A stretch of 64,000 nucleotides of DNA from an uncultured bacterium. GTDB taxonomy: Bacteria; CSSED10-310; CAZUFC01. A program made the translations under genes and the position numbers. Location: assembly GCA_964619725.1 (NCBI GenBank), contig CAZUFC010000008.1, forward strand, positions 32,001-96,000, given 5' to 3'. Positions within the stretch are counted from its first letter, which is position 1, and every line of letters starts with the position of its first letter. Below are positions 28,701 to 37,242 of this stretch, piece by piece. Under the pieces are notes generated by a model. The model had not been told where the DNA came from. It was given only the letters and a program-made list of their open reading frames with translations, and did not search any database.

Positions 28701-31700
28701 GAGTCAGGTTTATTGGAATGATATTTACAGCAACGGTGAAGACGGCATTCATTGCGAGTACGGCAATATTGAGATGAAGTACAACGAGATACGAAAGAAC
28801 GGCATATACGGTATTGAGTTTGAATACGGGACAGGAACTTTCACACATAATAACATTTACCTGAACGCCGGATATGGGGTCATGCTTAAGGAGAGCGGGG
28901 ACATTTGCAAATTTCATTTCAACAACCTGTTCAGAAACGAGACATATGAGATGTACAACGATTCGGCAAGGCCAGTGGATGCCCGGCTTAACTGGTGGGG
29001 GGACGTAACGACGGCCCAGATGGATGCACAGGGTTATTCGGTGGATATTGCGAAAATCTATGACATTCATGATGATTTTACTCTGGGTCAGGTTGATTAT
29101 CGAGGCTGGATAGGGATGGCGGTTAATGTCGACAAGGACCCGGCATCTCATATCATAGAGCCGATGGACGGCATGGTATTGCCGAAGGGTCCGGTGGACA
29201 TATACGGGATAGCGGTTTCAACAGTAGGCATCGATCATGTGGACGTAAGTACTGACGGCGGGAACGACTGGGATGAGGTTCTCGGCGAGGAACACTGGAT
29301 TTTTCCGTGGTTTGCGGGCGTCGACGGAACATATAATATACGTTCAAGAGCCGTTGATACGGATTTAAACCTGGAATCGCCCGTCGGGCCCGGCATCACC
29401 GTAGACGTGGATACGGATGCGCCTCATACGTGGGGAACGCTTTATGAGGATGAAACCTGGAGCGGCAGCATGGTGATAACGGGCGACATAACCATCCCTG
29501 CAGGCAATGCGCTGACGATCCTTCCCGGAACTGACGTTATATTTGCTGCGGAACGGGACGACACCATGAGCGGAGTGGATGAGTCGAGGTGCGAATTGAT
29601 TGTGGAGGGATCGTTGATTGCTGATGGAGATGCGGCTGACGAAATTACATTTACGGTCAATTCGGTCGTTCCCGAAAGAATGGACTGGTACGGCATCAGA
29701 TTCGTGGAATCAAACGATGCCGAATGCGTGCTGGATCATTGCAATATTCAATGGGCCTACACGGGCGTCATGCTGGATAATTCTTCCCCTGAGATCAGCC
29801 ATTGCTCGATTTCCAACTGCTATTATCAGGGGATATCAGGCAGTACCTCGGACAACGACATCACCATATCCGACAGCGAAATATTCGAAAACGGCATGGA
29901 CAACGACGGTTACGGCATTATACTCGATTGCGGCGAAGAAATCAGGATAACGTTGAACGGCAATCACGTGCATGACAATTTCAGCTCTGGAATTCACTTC
30001 AGCAAAAGCAACGGACTGTCTGACATCCATTACATACTCATGAACAATACGGTCCACGATAACGACGGCCACGGCGTAAGGATATGGACGGGGAACAACA
30101 CCAATAATTCAGATGCATTCTTCCAGAACGAATATTATTACAACAATTACGGCGACGGACTTAACTTCAGATTCTCCGACTATTCGACTGATACGCAAGT
30201 AATTCTGGATAACGTAACCTGCAGGGCGAACACCGGCGACGGAATGTACCTGGAATTCAAACGCAACAACGAACCCGTCAATCTGGAATTATACGGGTGT
30301 GAGTCTTATGAAAATGATGAGAACGGCATTAAAATGTTTGCGAACAGTTGTTTTGTTTCCACGCTAACCTGTTCGGATTGCTATGTGCATGACAATGGAG
30401 AAGCGGGATGCCGGTTTGAAAAAACGGAGGAAGCGATCGTGAGTCACAATACGATCGGCGACAATGACGGCGACGGACTATGGATGAAACTAGGCGGAGA
30501 GAATGTATCCCAAATTTTTGACAACCAGATATTCGATAACGGGGGAATGGGACTTCACGTAGAAAACGGCGATGCGGTATTTTCAAACAACGCTGCAGAC
30601 CACAACATAAGTCACGGGATAGAATTCAGCGCCGGCCTCGGGGTTTTTCATTACAATGATATCAACTGGAACGGCGGATACGGCATCAGGCTAAACAATA
30701 CAAGCGACGTGACGGATTTCGATTACAACAATCTTTATCTCAACAACACCTATGAAATGTACAACGATTCTTCTTACGATGTATCGGCCATGTGCTGCTG
30801 GTGGGGCGATGCAGCGACCCAGGAGATGAATGATTACGGATTTCCTCACGATATATCGAGGATATACGACAACTGGGATTCGCCTTCGCGGGGACTGGTG
30901 AATTACAGCGGCTGGCAGAGCGGCCCGCTTCCGACGTTGACTCCCACAGTAGCGCCTACGGCGACGCCGGCGCCTCCGACATTGACTCCCACCATATCGC
31001 CCACCATGCCTTCCTGGACTATAACGCCGACCCTGGTACCGCCTACGGCCACGCCCGTATGCTGGAACGACGGCGATGTGGACGACAGCGGAGTATTAAC
31101 GCCCCTGGATGCCTTGATGTCATTCCGTATTTACCTGGGGGTGATACCCGATCCCACATTCGATGAATTCTGTTCCGCTGACTGTCTGGGAGAAGGCAAT
31201 GTTACGCCGGCCGATGCTCAATGCATCTTCGAGCATTACCTGGGAATGGAATGCGATTGCGCTGATCCTGTCGGAAAGGGATTCGGCGATGACTATGCTG
31301 CTCTGAATCAACGCAGAGGTTTACTGAGCGGACATGATGAAGCGTATGAGATTCAGGAACGGAGCGACGGCGAAAGGTTGGATGCGGTCTCCGAGGCTGG
31401 GATACAGAAGGTTCCGGACGGGTTTCTTTACGCTGAACTGGATTATAATTATACGACGGATTTACTCCTGGTCAGCATCAGGATGAGGAACGACGCAGAG
31501 CTCGTGCAAGCCTTCGGATTCCAGGTGTCATTCGATGAAAGCGTTTTAAATTACAAGGAATACCTGTTCGGCGAAATGATTGAGGATTGGGCATTCATGG
31601 GATCGAATTACAGCGAGGGCAACCTGACGGTCGGCGCCTTTGATGCTTTTTCAGGCATAAAGCCGGGATCGGAGGGCGTATTAGCGTTGTTTGTCTTTGA

Positions 31701-31830
31701 AGTCAGGGGAATCAGCGAAAGGTTTGATTTCGGGATTGATATTCACGGCCTGGCGGACGACATAGGCGAATATGAAACGACTACATATTGGTTGGATGAG
31801 AGCTTAAACGATTCAGAAGCGCTGCAATAA
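25702..31830 (+). CDS. Giant secreted parallel beta-helix / Ig-like repeat protein with dockerin-like and cohesin-like modules
   Basis: AGGAGGG before ATG 25702; signal peptide ending AFA; three units of about 600 aa; CWNDGDVDDSG..TPLDA/DCLGEG..TPADA; C-terminal QAFGF..GLADD. Confidence 0.88.
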   Translation: MKNLSFKRQLFVVAALVMFLPCVSAFAQTTTPSPGATATVSPTPAPTLASGILAVDETWDGRVLVTGDVTVPDGLSLTIQAGTLVEFTAVSDDMSSGADNSRCELIIEGILEADGEAANEIIFTSDADTPEPRDYYGIRFLDPADELCVLDYCQIAWAYIGVELNTASPAVTNNVISDCYFQGISGSSSEVDLIIEGNEIFNVGVNNDGHGIYIDCFTDMDIYLNNNHSHDNYGRGIYCYNGNGLSNINYYFTGNLTENNARGGIYVYAGNSSNNVNFHFQDETASSNGGDGIQVRSYAYGSNMDAFFQSVDSYDNDGNGVHLYFDRISDPTNVELRDCNLYENAQKGIYAWGSGDPSSALFSMCAVYGNEDEGCYFRAFKNFLAEGNAVYDNLDNGLHVRPSSNAAVEFQHNDIYNNASYGVYCNGSSPLFIYNEIHENLGGGVWYQDEIATFVQNDIYMNGTYGVYFNNVNDTQAINGNNIYDNTDAEIYNNTGHAVDARCNYWGVSTTNEMNTMGYSANLSALHDIHDDISLGMIDYRGWKSTALDTSVDPVSYIIDPLDGITVSRGVLDIEGVACATSGIDIVEVTRDGGMFWLEADGKEDWSFPWYASASGIYNLNSRAYDDDSVMETPGAGIFVEVDSDKIHTLGDLFLDETWSGDVFVTGDVTVPNGVTLTILPGTTVTFAANRDDMIGGMDTSRCELIVKGILNATGTSGDEIVFTSDYESLKDWHGIRFVNPVDAFCILDHCDIQWAHAGIILEDASPTIMNSSVSHCLYRGITGETSEEDMLLQGNDIFLNGSDGDGYGVYLSYRCSLTFDDNHIYENFNNGVYCVGFQAVNIIEHNFMNNVVNNNGDTGVYMRVPSSSQNVEVNFQNDIFFSNNDHGVFVDFDPYGTNLGATFNGVTSYDNDDEGIKTAFDRDNAPRYVEIYSCEVYENIDFGIEIWGGVDDVTVQDTSVYENAGIGCYIRSVEQLDFSNNSISENLSDGLWLRVSDPVSQVYWNDIYSNGEDGIHCEYGNIEMKYNEIRKNGIYGIEFEYGTGTFTHNNIYLNAGYGVMLKESGDICKFHFNNLFRNETYEMYNDSARPVDARLNWWGDVTTAQMDAQGYSVDIAKIYDIHDDFTLGQVDYRGWIGMAVNVDKDPASHIIEPMDGMVLPKGPVDIYGIAVSTVGIDHVDVSTDGGNDWDEVLGEEHWIFPWFAGVDGTYNIRSRAVDTDLNLESPVGPGITVDVDTDAPHTWGTLYEDETWSGSMVITGDITIPAGNALTILPGTDVIFAAERDDTMSGVDESRCELIVEGSLIADGDAADEITFTVNSVVPERMDWYGIRFVESNDAECVLDHCNIQWAYTGVMLDNSSPEISHCSISNCYYQGISGSTSDNDITISDSEIFENGMDNDGYGIILDCGEEIRITLNGNHVHDNFSSGIHFSKSNGLSDIHYILMNNTVHDNDGHGVRIWTGNNTNNSDAFFQNEYYYNNYGDGLNFRFSDYSTDTQVILDNVTCRANTGDGMYLEFKRNNEPVNLELYGCESYENDENGIKMFANSCFVSTLTCSDCYVHDNGEAGCRFEKTEEAIVSHNTIGDNDGDGLWMKLGGENVSQIFDNQIFDNGGMGLHVENGDAVFSNNAADHNISHGIEFSAGLGVFHYNDINWNGGYGIRLNNTSDVTDFDYNNLYLNNTYEMYNDSSYDVSAMCCWWGDAATQEMNDYGFPHDISRIYDNWDSPSRGLVNYSGWQSGPLPTLTPTVAPTATPAPPTLTPTISPTMPSWTITPTLVPPTATPVCWNDGDVDDSGVLTPLDALMSFRIYLGVIPDPTFDEFCSADCLGEGNVTPADAQCIFEHYLGMECDCADPVGKGFGDDYAALNQRRGLLSGHDEAYEIQERSDGERLDAVSEAGIQKVPDGFLYAELDYNYTTDLLLVSIRMRNDAELVQAFGFQVSFDESVLNYKEYLFGEMIEDWAFMGSNYSEGNLTVGAFDAFSGIKPGSEGVLALFVFEVRGISERFDFGIDIHGLADDIGEYETTTYWLDESLNDSEALQ

Positions 31831-31866
31831 AAACGGCAATTTTCACCAATAACAGGGAGCAGCATA

Positions 31867-34599
31867 ATGAAGCGAAAAATATTTCTCGGATTATCAGCGA
31901 GCTGCCTCATCCTGTTCAGCAGCGTAGCGTTGTGTTTGGGATATAATCCCGCATCTAAAAGCGACCTGGTATGGGTCGCCGATAGTACCGGCTGTACAGG
32001 AGAAGCGATACAGATTGCCGTTTCAATGTCCAACGGAGAAACGCCGGTCGAGGCGTTCGGATTTGATCTTCATTATTGTACGGATATGCTGGAGTATGTT
32101 TCGTGCGAATATGGAGAGCTGACTCTGGCCTGGCCGTATTTGAACTGCAACCCGGCTGAACCGGGGATTGTACGCGTAGGCGGATTCAGTCCCATGCCGA
32201 TACCGGCGGGCAGTTCGGGCAGCATTGCGGTCTTGACCTTTACGGTAACTTGCGGCGCCTGCAACCCAGAGGACGAATGTGAGATATCTCTGACGGATTT
32301 GGTCGACGATTTCGAGGGATGGTCGGCACAGTCTGGAACATTTACTTATCATTGCGAACCCACGCCGAGTCCTACGATTGTTCCCAGTTCCACGCCTTCC
32401 CCTGAACCGACGGTCGTTCCGACTCAGGCGGCGACGTCTACGCCGACGGACGACGAAATATGGGTTGAAGAGGTTTCGGGATGCACCGGCGAAATCATTG
32501 ATATAGCCGTTTCAATCAATAATCCCGATACGGCAGTGGAAGCGTTCGGTTTCGATTTTAATTTCAATATTCATATGCTGGACTATGAGTCATGCATCAA
32601 GGGTGATTTAACTTCGGAATGGAATTACTTTCAGTGCCATGAGGACGGACTGGGGCGAATACGCATCGGGGGTTTCTCTGATGATCCCATCCCGGCAGGC
32701 AGCGCCGGGACGCTCGTCGTTATTTCTTTCAGGGTTACATGTTACTACTGCGAACTGAATGATCAATGCACGCTGAGTTTGACCGGTCTGATTGATGATA
32801 TGGACGGTTGGACGACGCAGAACGGTCTGTTCACTTATTATTGTCCGCCGACGCCCACATATACCGTAACAGCGACAGGTACGCCCACTCTTTCGCCCAC
32901 CGGCACGCCGACTTTGACCCCGACGAGAACGCCACTATTCACTTATACGCCCACAGCGACTTTTACGCCGACGGATAATCTCATCTGGGCGGGCGATTGT
33001 TCGGGATGCGCCGGCGAGTCGATCCAACTGGCGGTTTTCCTGGCGAATCCGGACTCCACGGTCGAAGCTTTCGGTTGCGATCTGCACTATTGTCCGGATA
33101 TGCTGGAATATGATTCATGTGCGCCGGGCATTCTGACTTTAGCCTGGCCTTACCTGGAATGCCATGAAACGGAGCCGGGCACAGTCCGCATCGGCGGATT
33201 TGCGGACCAGGGCATAGTGCAGGACAGCAGCGGCAGCATTGCGGTTTTATCTTTTACGGTAACCTGCGACGGCTGCATTGAAGGAGATCAGTGCGAAATA
33301 TACCTGGATAACCTGGTCGATGATCTCTTTGCCTGGCCGACTCAGGATGGGACATTCACTTACTATTGTCCGCCGACTCCCACTCCCACAAGTTCTCCGA
33401 CTCCCACATGCTCTCCCACCCCGACCAATTCCGCCACGCCGACAGCTAGCCCGACAGTCACTTCGAGTCCTACGCCTGAACCGACATCCACACCCACTCA
33501 TACAGGCACGCCGACAACCGACTATTTATGGATTCAGGACGCTTCCGGCTGCAGGGATGAGTCGATACAGATCGCCATTTCAATCGAGAATCCCGATTCT
33601 CCCCTGAATGCATTCGGCTTCAACCTCAATTACGCCCCGGATATGCTCTCTTTCGTCTCCTGCGAGAAAGGAGAACTCTGTTCCGAATGGACCTATATCC
33701 AGTGCAATGAAACAGGTCCGGGAATCGTTCGTGCGGGCGGTTTCGACGATGCCGGCATACCCGCAGGCAATATGGGAAACATATTGATCTTGAATTTTAC
33801 GGTTAATTGCGAAAGCTGTGAAGAAGGAGACGAATGCCTCTTATACCTGGACGGCCTGGTGGACGATATTGCACGTTGGACAGCCGAGGACGGAACTTTT
33901 ACATTAGTCACGGATAACGTGTGGGTGAGCGATGCTTCCGGGACAGCCGGCGAAGTGATCGAAATACCGGTTATGATTGCTAACCCGTGCACTGCTCCAG
34001 ATGCCCTGGGATTCGATCTGGACTTTTGTCCTGATATGCTGGAATACGAAAACTGTCAGAAGGGAGAATTGACTGCGGACTGGCCCTATCTGCTGTGCAG
34101 CGAAATAGAGACTGGCCGGCTGCGCGTCGGAGGATTCGGAGAAACGTCCATCGGGACGGGCAGCCAGGGATCAATAGTTAAACTGTTCTTCACGGTTACA
34201 TGCGGAGAATGCGTTCCGGGCGATGACTGCATCATGCCCTTGTCCGGACTGGAAGACGATATCGCCGGGTGGACCACTGCCGAAGGAACGTTTACGTATG
34301 TCGAATATACTCCAACAGCTACCGTCTTTCCGACTGTAACCAATACCCCCGTTCCCACCGGTACGCCGACTGACACGCCTACGGCCTCGCCGACCGACAC
34401 GCCTACGGCTTCACCAACCGATACACCGACGTTTTCGCCTACGCCGCATTTCACCGCTACTCCCGAATATTCGCCGACTGTTACTTTGACGCCGACTCCT
34501 CCAGTCGTGCCGAGCGTTACCGTTACCGGCACAAGCGCGTTAATCCTCAGCCTTGGCTTGATCCTCTGGCTTGTCGGTCGTAAAAAGCATTCAACGTAA
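31867..34599 (+). CDS. Scaffoldin-like protein: signal peptide, five cohesin-like domains, Thr/Pro linkers, C-terminal membrane anchor
   Basis: Five repeats of about 130 aa (W..sG..Ge.I.I.V...N....AFGFdl.Y..DML.Y..C..G.L...W...C.....G..R.GGF...G....L.F.V.C..C....C...L..L.DD..GW....G.FT), followed by VPSVTVTG, a TM segment and RKK. Confidence 0.85.
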   Translation: MKRKIFLGLSASCLILFSSVALCLGYNPASKSDLVWVADSTGCTGEAIQIAVSMSNGETPVEAFGFDLHYCTDMLEYVSCEYGELTLAWPYLNCNPAEPGIVRVGGFSPMPIPAGSSGSIAVLTFTVTCGACNPEDECEISLTDLVDDFEGWSAQSGTFTYHCEPTPSPTIVPSSTPSPEPTVVPTQAATSTPTDDEIWVEEVSGCTGEIIDIAVSINNPDTAVEAFGFDFNFNIHMLDYESCIKGDLTSEWNYFQCHEDGLGRIRIGGFSDDPIPAGSAGTLVVISFRVTCYYCELNDQCTLSLTGLIDDMDGWTTQNGLFTYYCPPTPTYTVTATGTPTLSPTGTPTLTPTRTPLFTYTPTATFTPTDNLIWAGDCSGCAGESIQLAVFLANPDSTVEAFGCDLHYCPDMLEYDSCAPGILTLAWPYLECHETEPGTVRIGGFADQGIVQDSSGSIAVLSFTVTCDGCIEGDQCEIYLDNLVDDLFAWPTQDGTFTYYCPPTPTPTSSPTPTCSPTPTNSATPTASPTVTSSPTPEPTSTPTHTGTPTTDYLWIQDASGCRDESIQIAISIENPDSPLNAFGFNLNYAPDMLSFVSCEKGELCSEWTYIQCNETGPGIVRAGGFDDAGIPAGNMGNILILNFTVNCESCEEGDECLLYLDGLVDDIARWTAEDGTFTLVTDNVWVSDASGTAGEVIEIPVMIANPCTAPDALGFDLDFCPDMLEYENCQKGELTADWPYLLCSEIETGRLRVGGFGETSIGTGSQGSIVKLFFTVTCGECVPGDDCIMPLSGLEDDIAGWTTAEGTFTYVEYTPTATVFPTVTNTPVPTGTPTDTPTASPTDTPTASPTDTPTFSPTPHFTATPEYSPTVTLTPTPPVVPSVTVTGTSALILSLGLILWLVGRKKHST

Positions 34600-34643
34600 A
34601 GGAGCGTTCCGACGAAATAGACTCTATTCAGCGATTACTCCTT

Positions 34644-34674
34644 AAGGCCGGCGTCCTGCTGAAACGCCGACCTT
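34644..34674. terminator. Hairpin between convergent genes
   Basis: aaggccggcgt...acgccgacctt followed by T-rich sequence. Confidence 0.5.
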
Positions 34675-34711
34675 GCATGTTTGTGTTTAATATTTTTGAA
34701 TCGAGTCAAGC

Positions 34712-34740
34712 GTAACCTCTGTTTGATCAGTCCCCGAATT
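34712..34740 (-). repeat. Short fragment of the dispersed repeat core
   Basis: taacctctgtttgatcagtccccgaatt; compare 63023-63044 and the reverse complement of 10468-10487. Confidence 0.55.
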
Positions 34741-34755
34741 TAAACTGGCGATTAA

Positions 34756-36120
34756 TCAGGCCGCATATTTTTTACTTGAAACAGCCGGAAAAATGCCGAG
34801 AAGCAGCGCTAACAGAACCTTGCCGTAATCGGACGTAGCGGGAACGGACGGTTCTGTAGGCGCCGGCGTTGCTGTGGGGGTGACAGCCGGCGTTTGAGTG
34901 AATATGGGGGTTGTTCCCGGAGTGGACGTTGCGGTTGATGTGGAAGTTACTGTTGGGGTTGCCGTGGGGCTATGTGTTGGCGAAATCGTAAATGTCGGGG
35001 AGAGCGTCGGGGTCCTGGTTGGGGTGTTCGTTGGCGACTGCGTGGGAGAGAGTGTGTGAGTCGGCGATGGAGTCGGCGTCAGGGTAGGCGTTAGAGTGGG
35101 TGTAGTTGTCGGAGAGCGCGTCGGGGTCAGCGTGGGCGTTGATGTCGGACTTTGAGTCGGTGTTCCGGAAGGCGTTAATGTGGGCGATAACGTCGGCGTA
35201 TAGGTGACGGTCAATGTGACGGTCGGACTGACCGTGGGTGTGGAAGTGGGGGATTTCGTGGGCGTCAGCGTTAAAGTGACGGTAGGGGAAAGATTTATCG
35301 TCGCTGTCCTGGTGGGAGTATCCGTCTGCGTCCTGGTTGGAGTTTTCGTCGGCGTCTTAGTTGGAGTACGCGTCGGCGTAACAGTCGGGGTACGCGTCGG
35401 CGGATCAGGATTGCCGTAAGTCAGTCCTCTCGCCTGCCAGGTGGACATGGGTGGGTATAACCAGTCTACTTCGGCGCCGGTCGCAGGATTTATTTTTAAT
35501 ATGTCGTTGAGCGTGTTGATCGCCCATAAATGGTCGTCGCCGTAAGCTAATCCCTGTGCGGCATATGTCCCGATCGGAGGGTAGAGCCAACCCATTCCCG
35601 CGCCTGTGGAGGGGTTTATTTTCAGTATGTCGTTTGACGAATCAATCGCCCACAAATAACCGTCGCCGTGCGTCAGTCCCCTGGCGCTATAAGAATGCAT
35701 GGGCGGATAGAGCCATCCCAGGCTGTTTCCTGTGTCCGGGTCTATCTTCAATATCTCGTTTGTTGATGTGATCGCCCACAGATGCCCCTCGCCGTAAGCC
35801 AGGCCCTGGGCAGTATATGTGCCTATCGGCGGATATATCCATCCCATTCCCGCTCCTGTGTCCGGGTCTATCTTCAAAATGGCGTTCACGGCATCGACCG
35901 CCCAGAGATAACCCCCGCCGAACGTTAGTCCGCGCGCCTGCCACATATCAAAAGGCGGATCGAGCCAGCCTAATTCGCCTCCCGTGTCCGGATCGATTTC
36001 CATGATTTCGTTCACTGTATTGATTGCCCACAATGTGTCCGAAGCCTTCGACGGGCCGGCGCCGACTAACGTGATTAGAAGATTTGCCGAAAAAAACAAT
36101 ACGCTGAATCTCATTTCCAA
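34756..36120 (-). CDS. Secreted beta-propeller-repeat protein with long Thr/Pro stalk and C-terminal anchor
   Basis: Five 43-aa repeats (LWAI...N.ILKI.P.TG...GWLYPP.....A.GL.YG.G), about 185 aa of TPT stalk, and a VPATSDYG-hydrophobic-KK tail. Confidence 0.85.
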   Translation of the reverse strand: MEMRFSVLFFSANLLITLVGAGPSKASDTLWAINTVNEIMEIDPDTGGELGWLDPPFDMWQARGLTFGGGYLWAVDAVNAILKIDPDTGAGMGWIYPPIGTYTAQGLAYGEGHLWAITSTNEILKIDPDTGNSLGWLYPPMHSYSARGLTHGDGYLWAIDSSNDILKINPSTGAGMGWLYPPIGTYAAQGLAYGDDHLWAINTLNDILKINPATGAEVDWLYPPMSTWQARGLTYGNPDPPTRTPTVTPTRTPTKTPTKTPTRTQTDTPTRTATINLSPTVTLTLTPTKSPTSTPTVSPTVTLTVTYTPTLSPTLTPSGTPTQSPTSTPTLTPTRSPTTTPTLTPTLTPTPSPTHTLSPTQSPTNTPTRTPTLSPTFTISPTHSPTATPTVTSTSTATSTPGTTPIFTQTPAVTPTATPAPTEPSVPATSDYGKVLLALLLGIFPAVSSKKYAA

Positions 36121-36427
36121 ATCCTTCTTTGTTTCCGTTGATACTTATCTTCGTTCAAATAAGTATAGCTCTGATTCTGTTTTCTTTTTTACATGAAAAA
36201 TTCAGGAAAAACAAAAATTTAAGCGAAAACAATCGCTGACGGACCATCGTCGCTTCCGGTAATCTGATCCATGCGTAGACATTAATCGATTTTCGCGGTT
36301 AAAACGGGCTTTTCTGTTTTAATGGAGGAAAACCCGCATGTCTGCGTTACGTATGTCCAATACTGAGCATTTTACGGGAATTAAAACGGACGATTTGTTG
36401 CAGGGGCCGATTGTAAAAGGTATTCGA

Positions 36428-36862
36428 TCAGTCCAAAGGAAGCATCTTTTTTGCGGATGAATATTTAACGTCGAAATCCTGCAGAATTACAGCGGCTCGG
36501 CCTTCGGTCTCCCTGATCAAGGCCAGAAGAAAATGCTCAGTACCGACATGATTGTGTTTTCTGTTTTTCGATTCGAAGATTGCCGTCGCTAATACTTTTT
36601 TGGACATATCACTGAAGGGTATGCCGGCGGATATCTCGGATTTGGAATGCTCTTTTGCGAAGTAATTATTTTCGATGTGTCTTTTCATTCCCTCTGTATC
36701 GATTTCCATTTTCTCCAGAATCTTTACGCCCCGCCCGGTTCCCTCTTTCAATATGCCGAACAATAAATGCTCTGTATCTAAAGATTCGTGCCGGTAATGC
36801 TCCGCTGCAGTTTTGGCAAAGGCTATTACTTTTTTTGCTCTTTCCGTGAATTTTTCAAACAT
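36428..36862 (-). CDS. Stand-alone Clp repeat (ClpC N-terminal) domain protein
   Basis: MFEKFTERAKKVI, TEHLLFGIL and HNHVGTEHFLLALIRE; no ATPase domain follows. Confidence 0.88.
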   Translation of the reverse strand: MFEKFTERAKKVIAFAKTAAEHYRHESLDTEHLLFGILKEGTGRGVKILEKMEIDTEGMKRHIENNYFAKEHSKSEISAGIPFSDMSKKVLATAIFESKNRKHNHVGTEHFLLALIRETEGRAAVILQDFDVKYSSAKKMLPLD

Positions 36863-37242
36863 TTCAACGATCCTCCCCGTTATGACCGATTGAATTAATA
36901 ATTTTTCCCTGGCGATATTTAATTATTCCAGATAAAATCAGGGATTTAAAGAGCTTTTCATTTTTATCCTGGGCCTGTCCTGTTTCGGCGATTCCTGCTG
37001 TCGTTTTTATGATAGCTTAACGGTCAGGGTCTGTCCACACAGTCGCTTTTAGCTCGCAGCGCCTGTCCGGCATTAAATTTTGAATCGAGATTCGAGTTTG
37101 CGGAAAGGCGCTGACTCGTTTCTGTTCATCCCGGGGCGGCCAGGCGCCGGTTACAGAAATCGGTTTTACGCATTGGCTATTGGCTGTGAAAAAAGCAAAG
37201 CAGGCTGTCTTGACTTTTCATTTCTCATGTTGAATAAAGATA

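Noticed and set aside
22870-29110. Nucleotide similarity between 22870-22990 and 28985-29108 as a DGR VR/TR pair
   Set aside because: Differences are mostly synonymous and not adenine-specific; this is ordinary paralogy.
34086-35419. Val/Gly-rich ORFs 34086..34532(-) and 35204..35419(+)
   Set aside because: Antisense shadows of Thr/Pro linkers.
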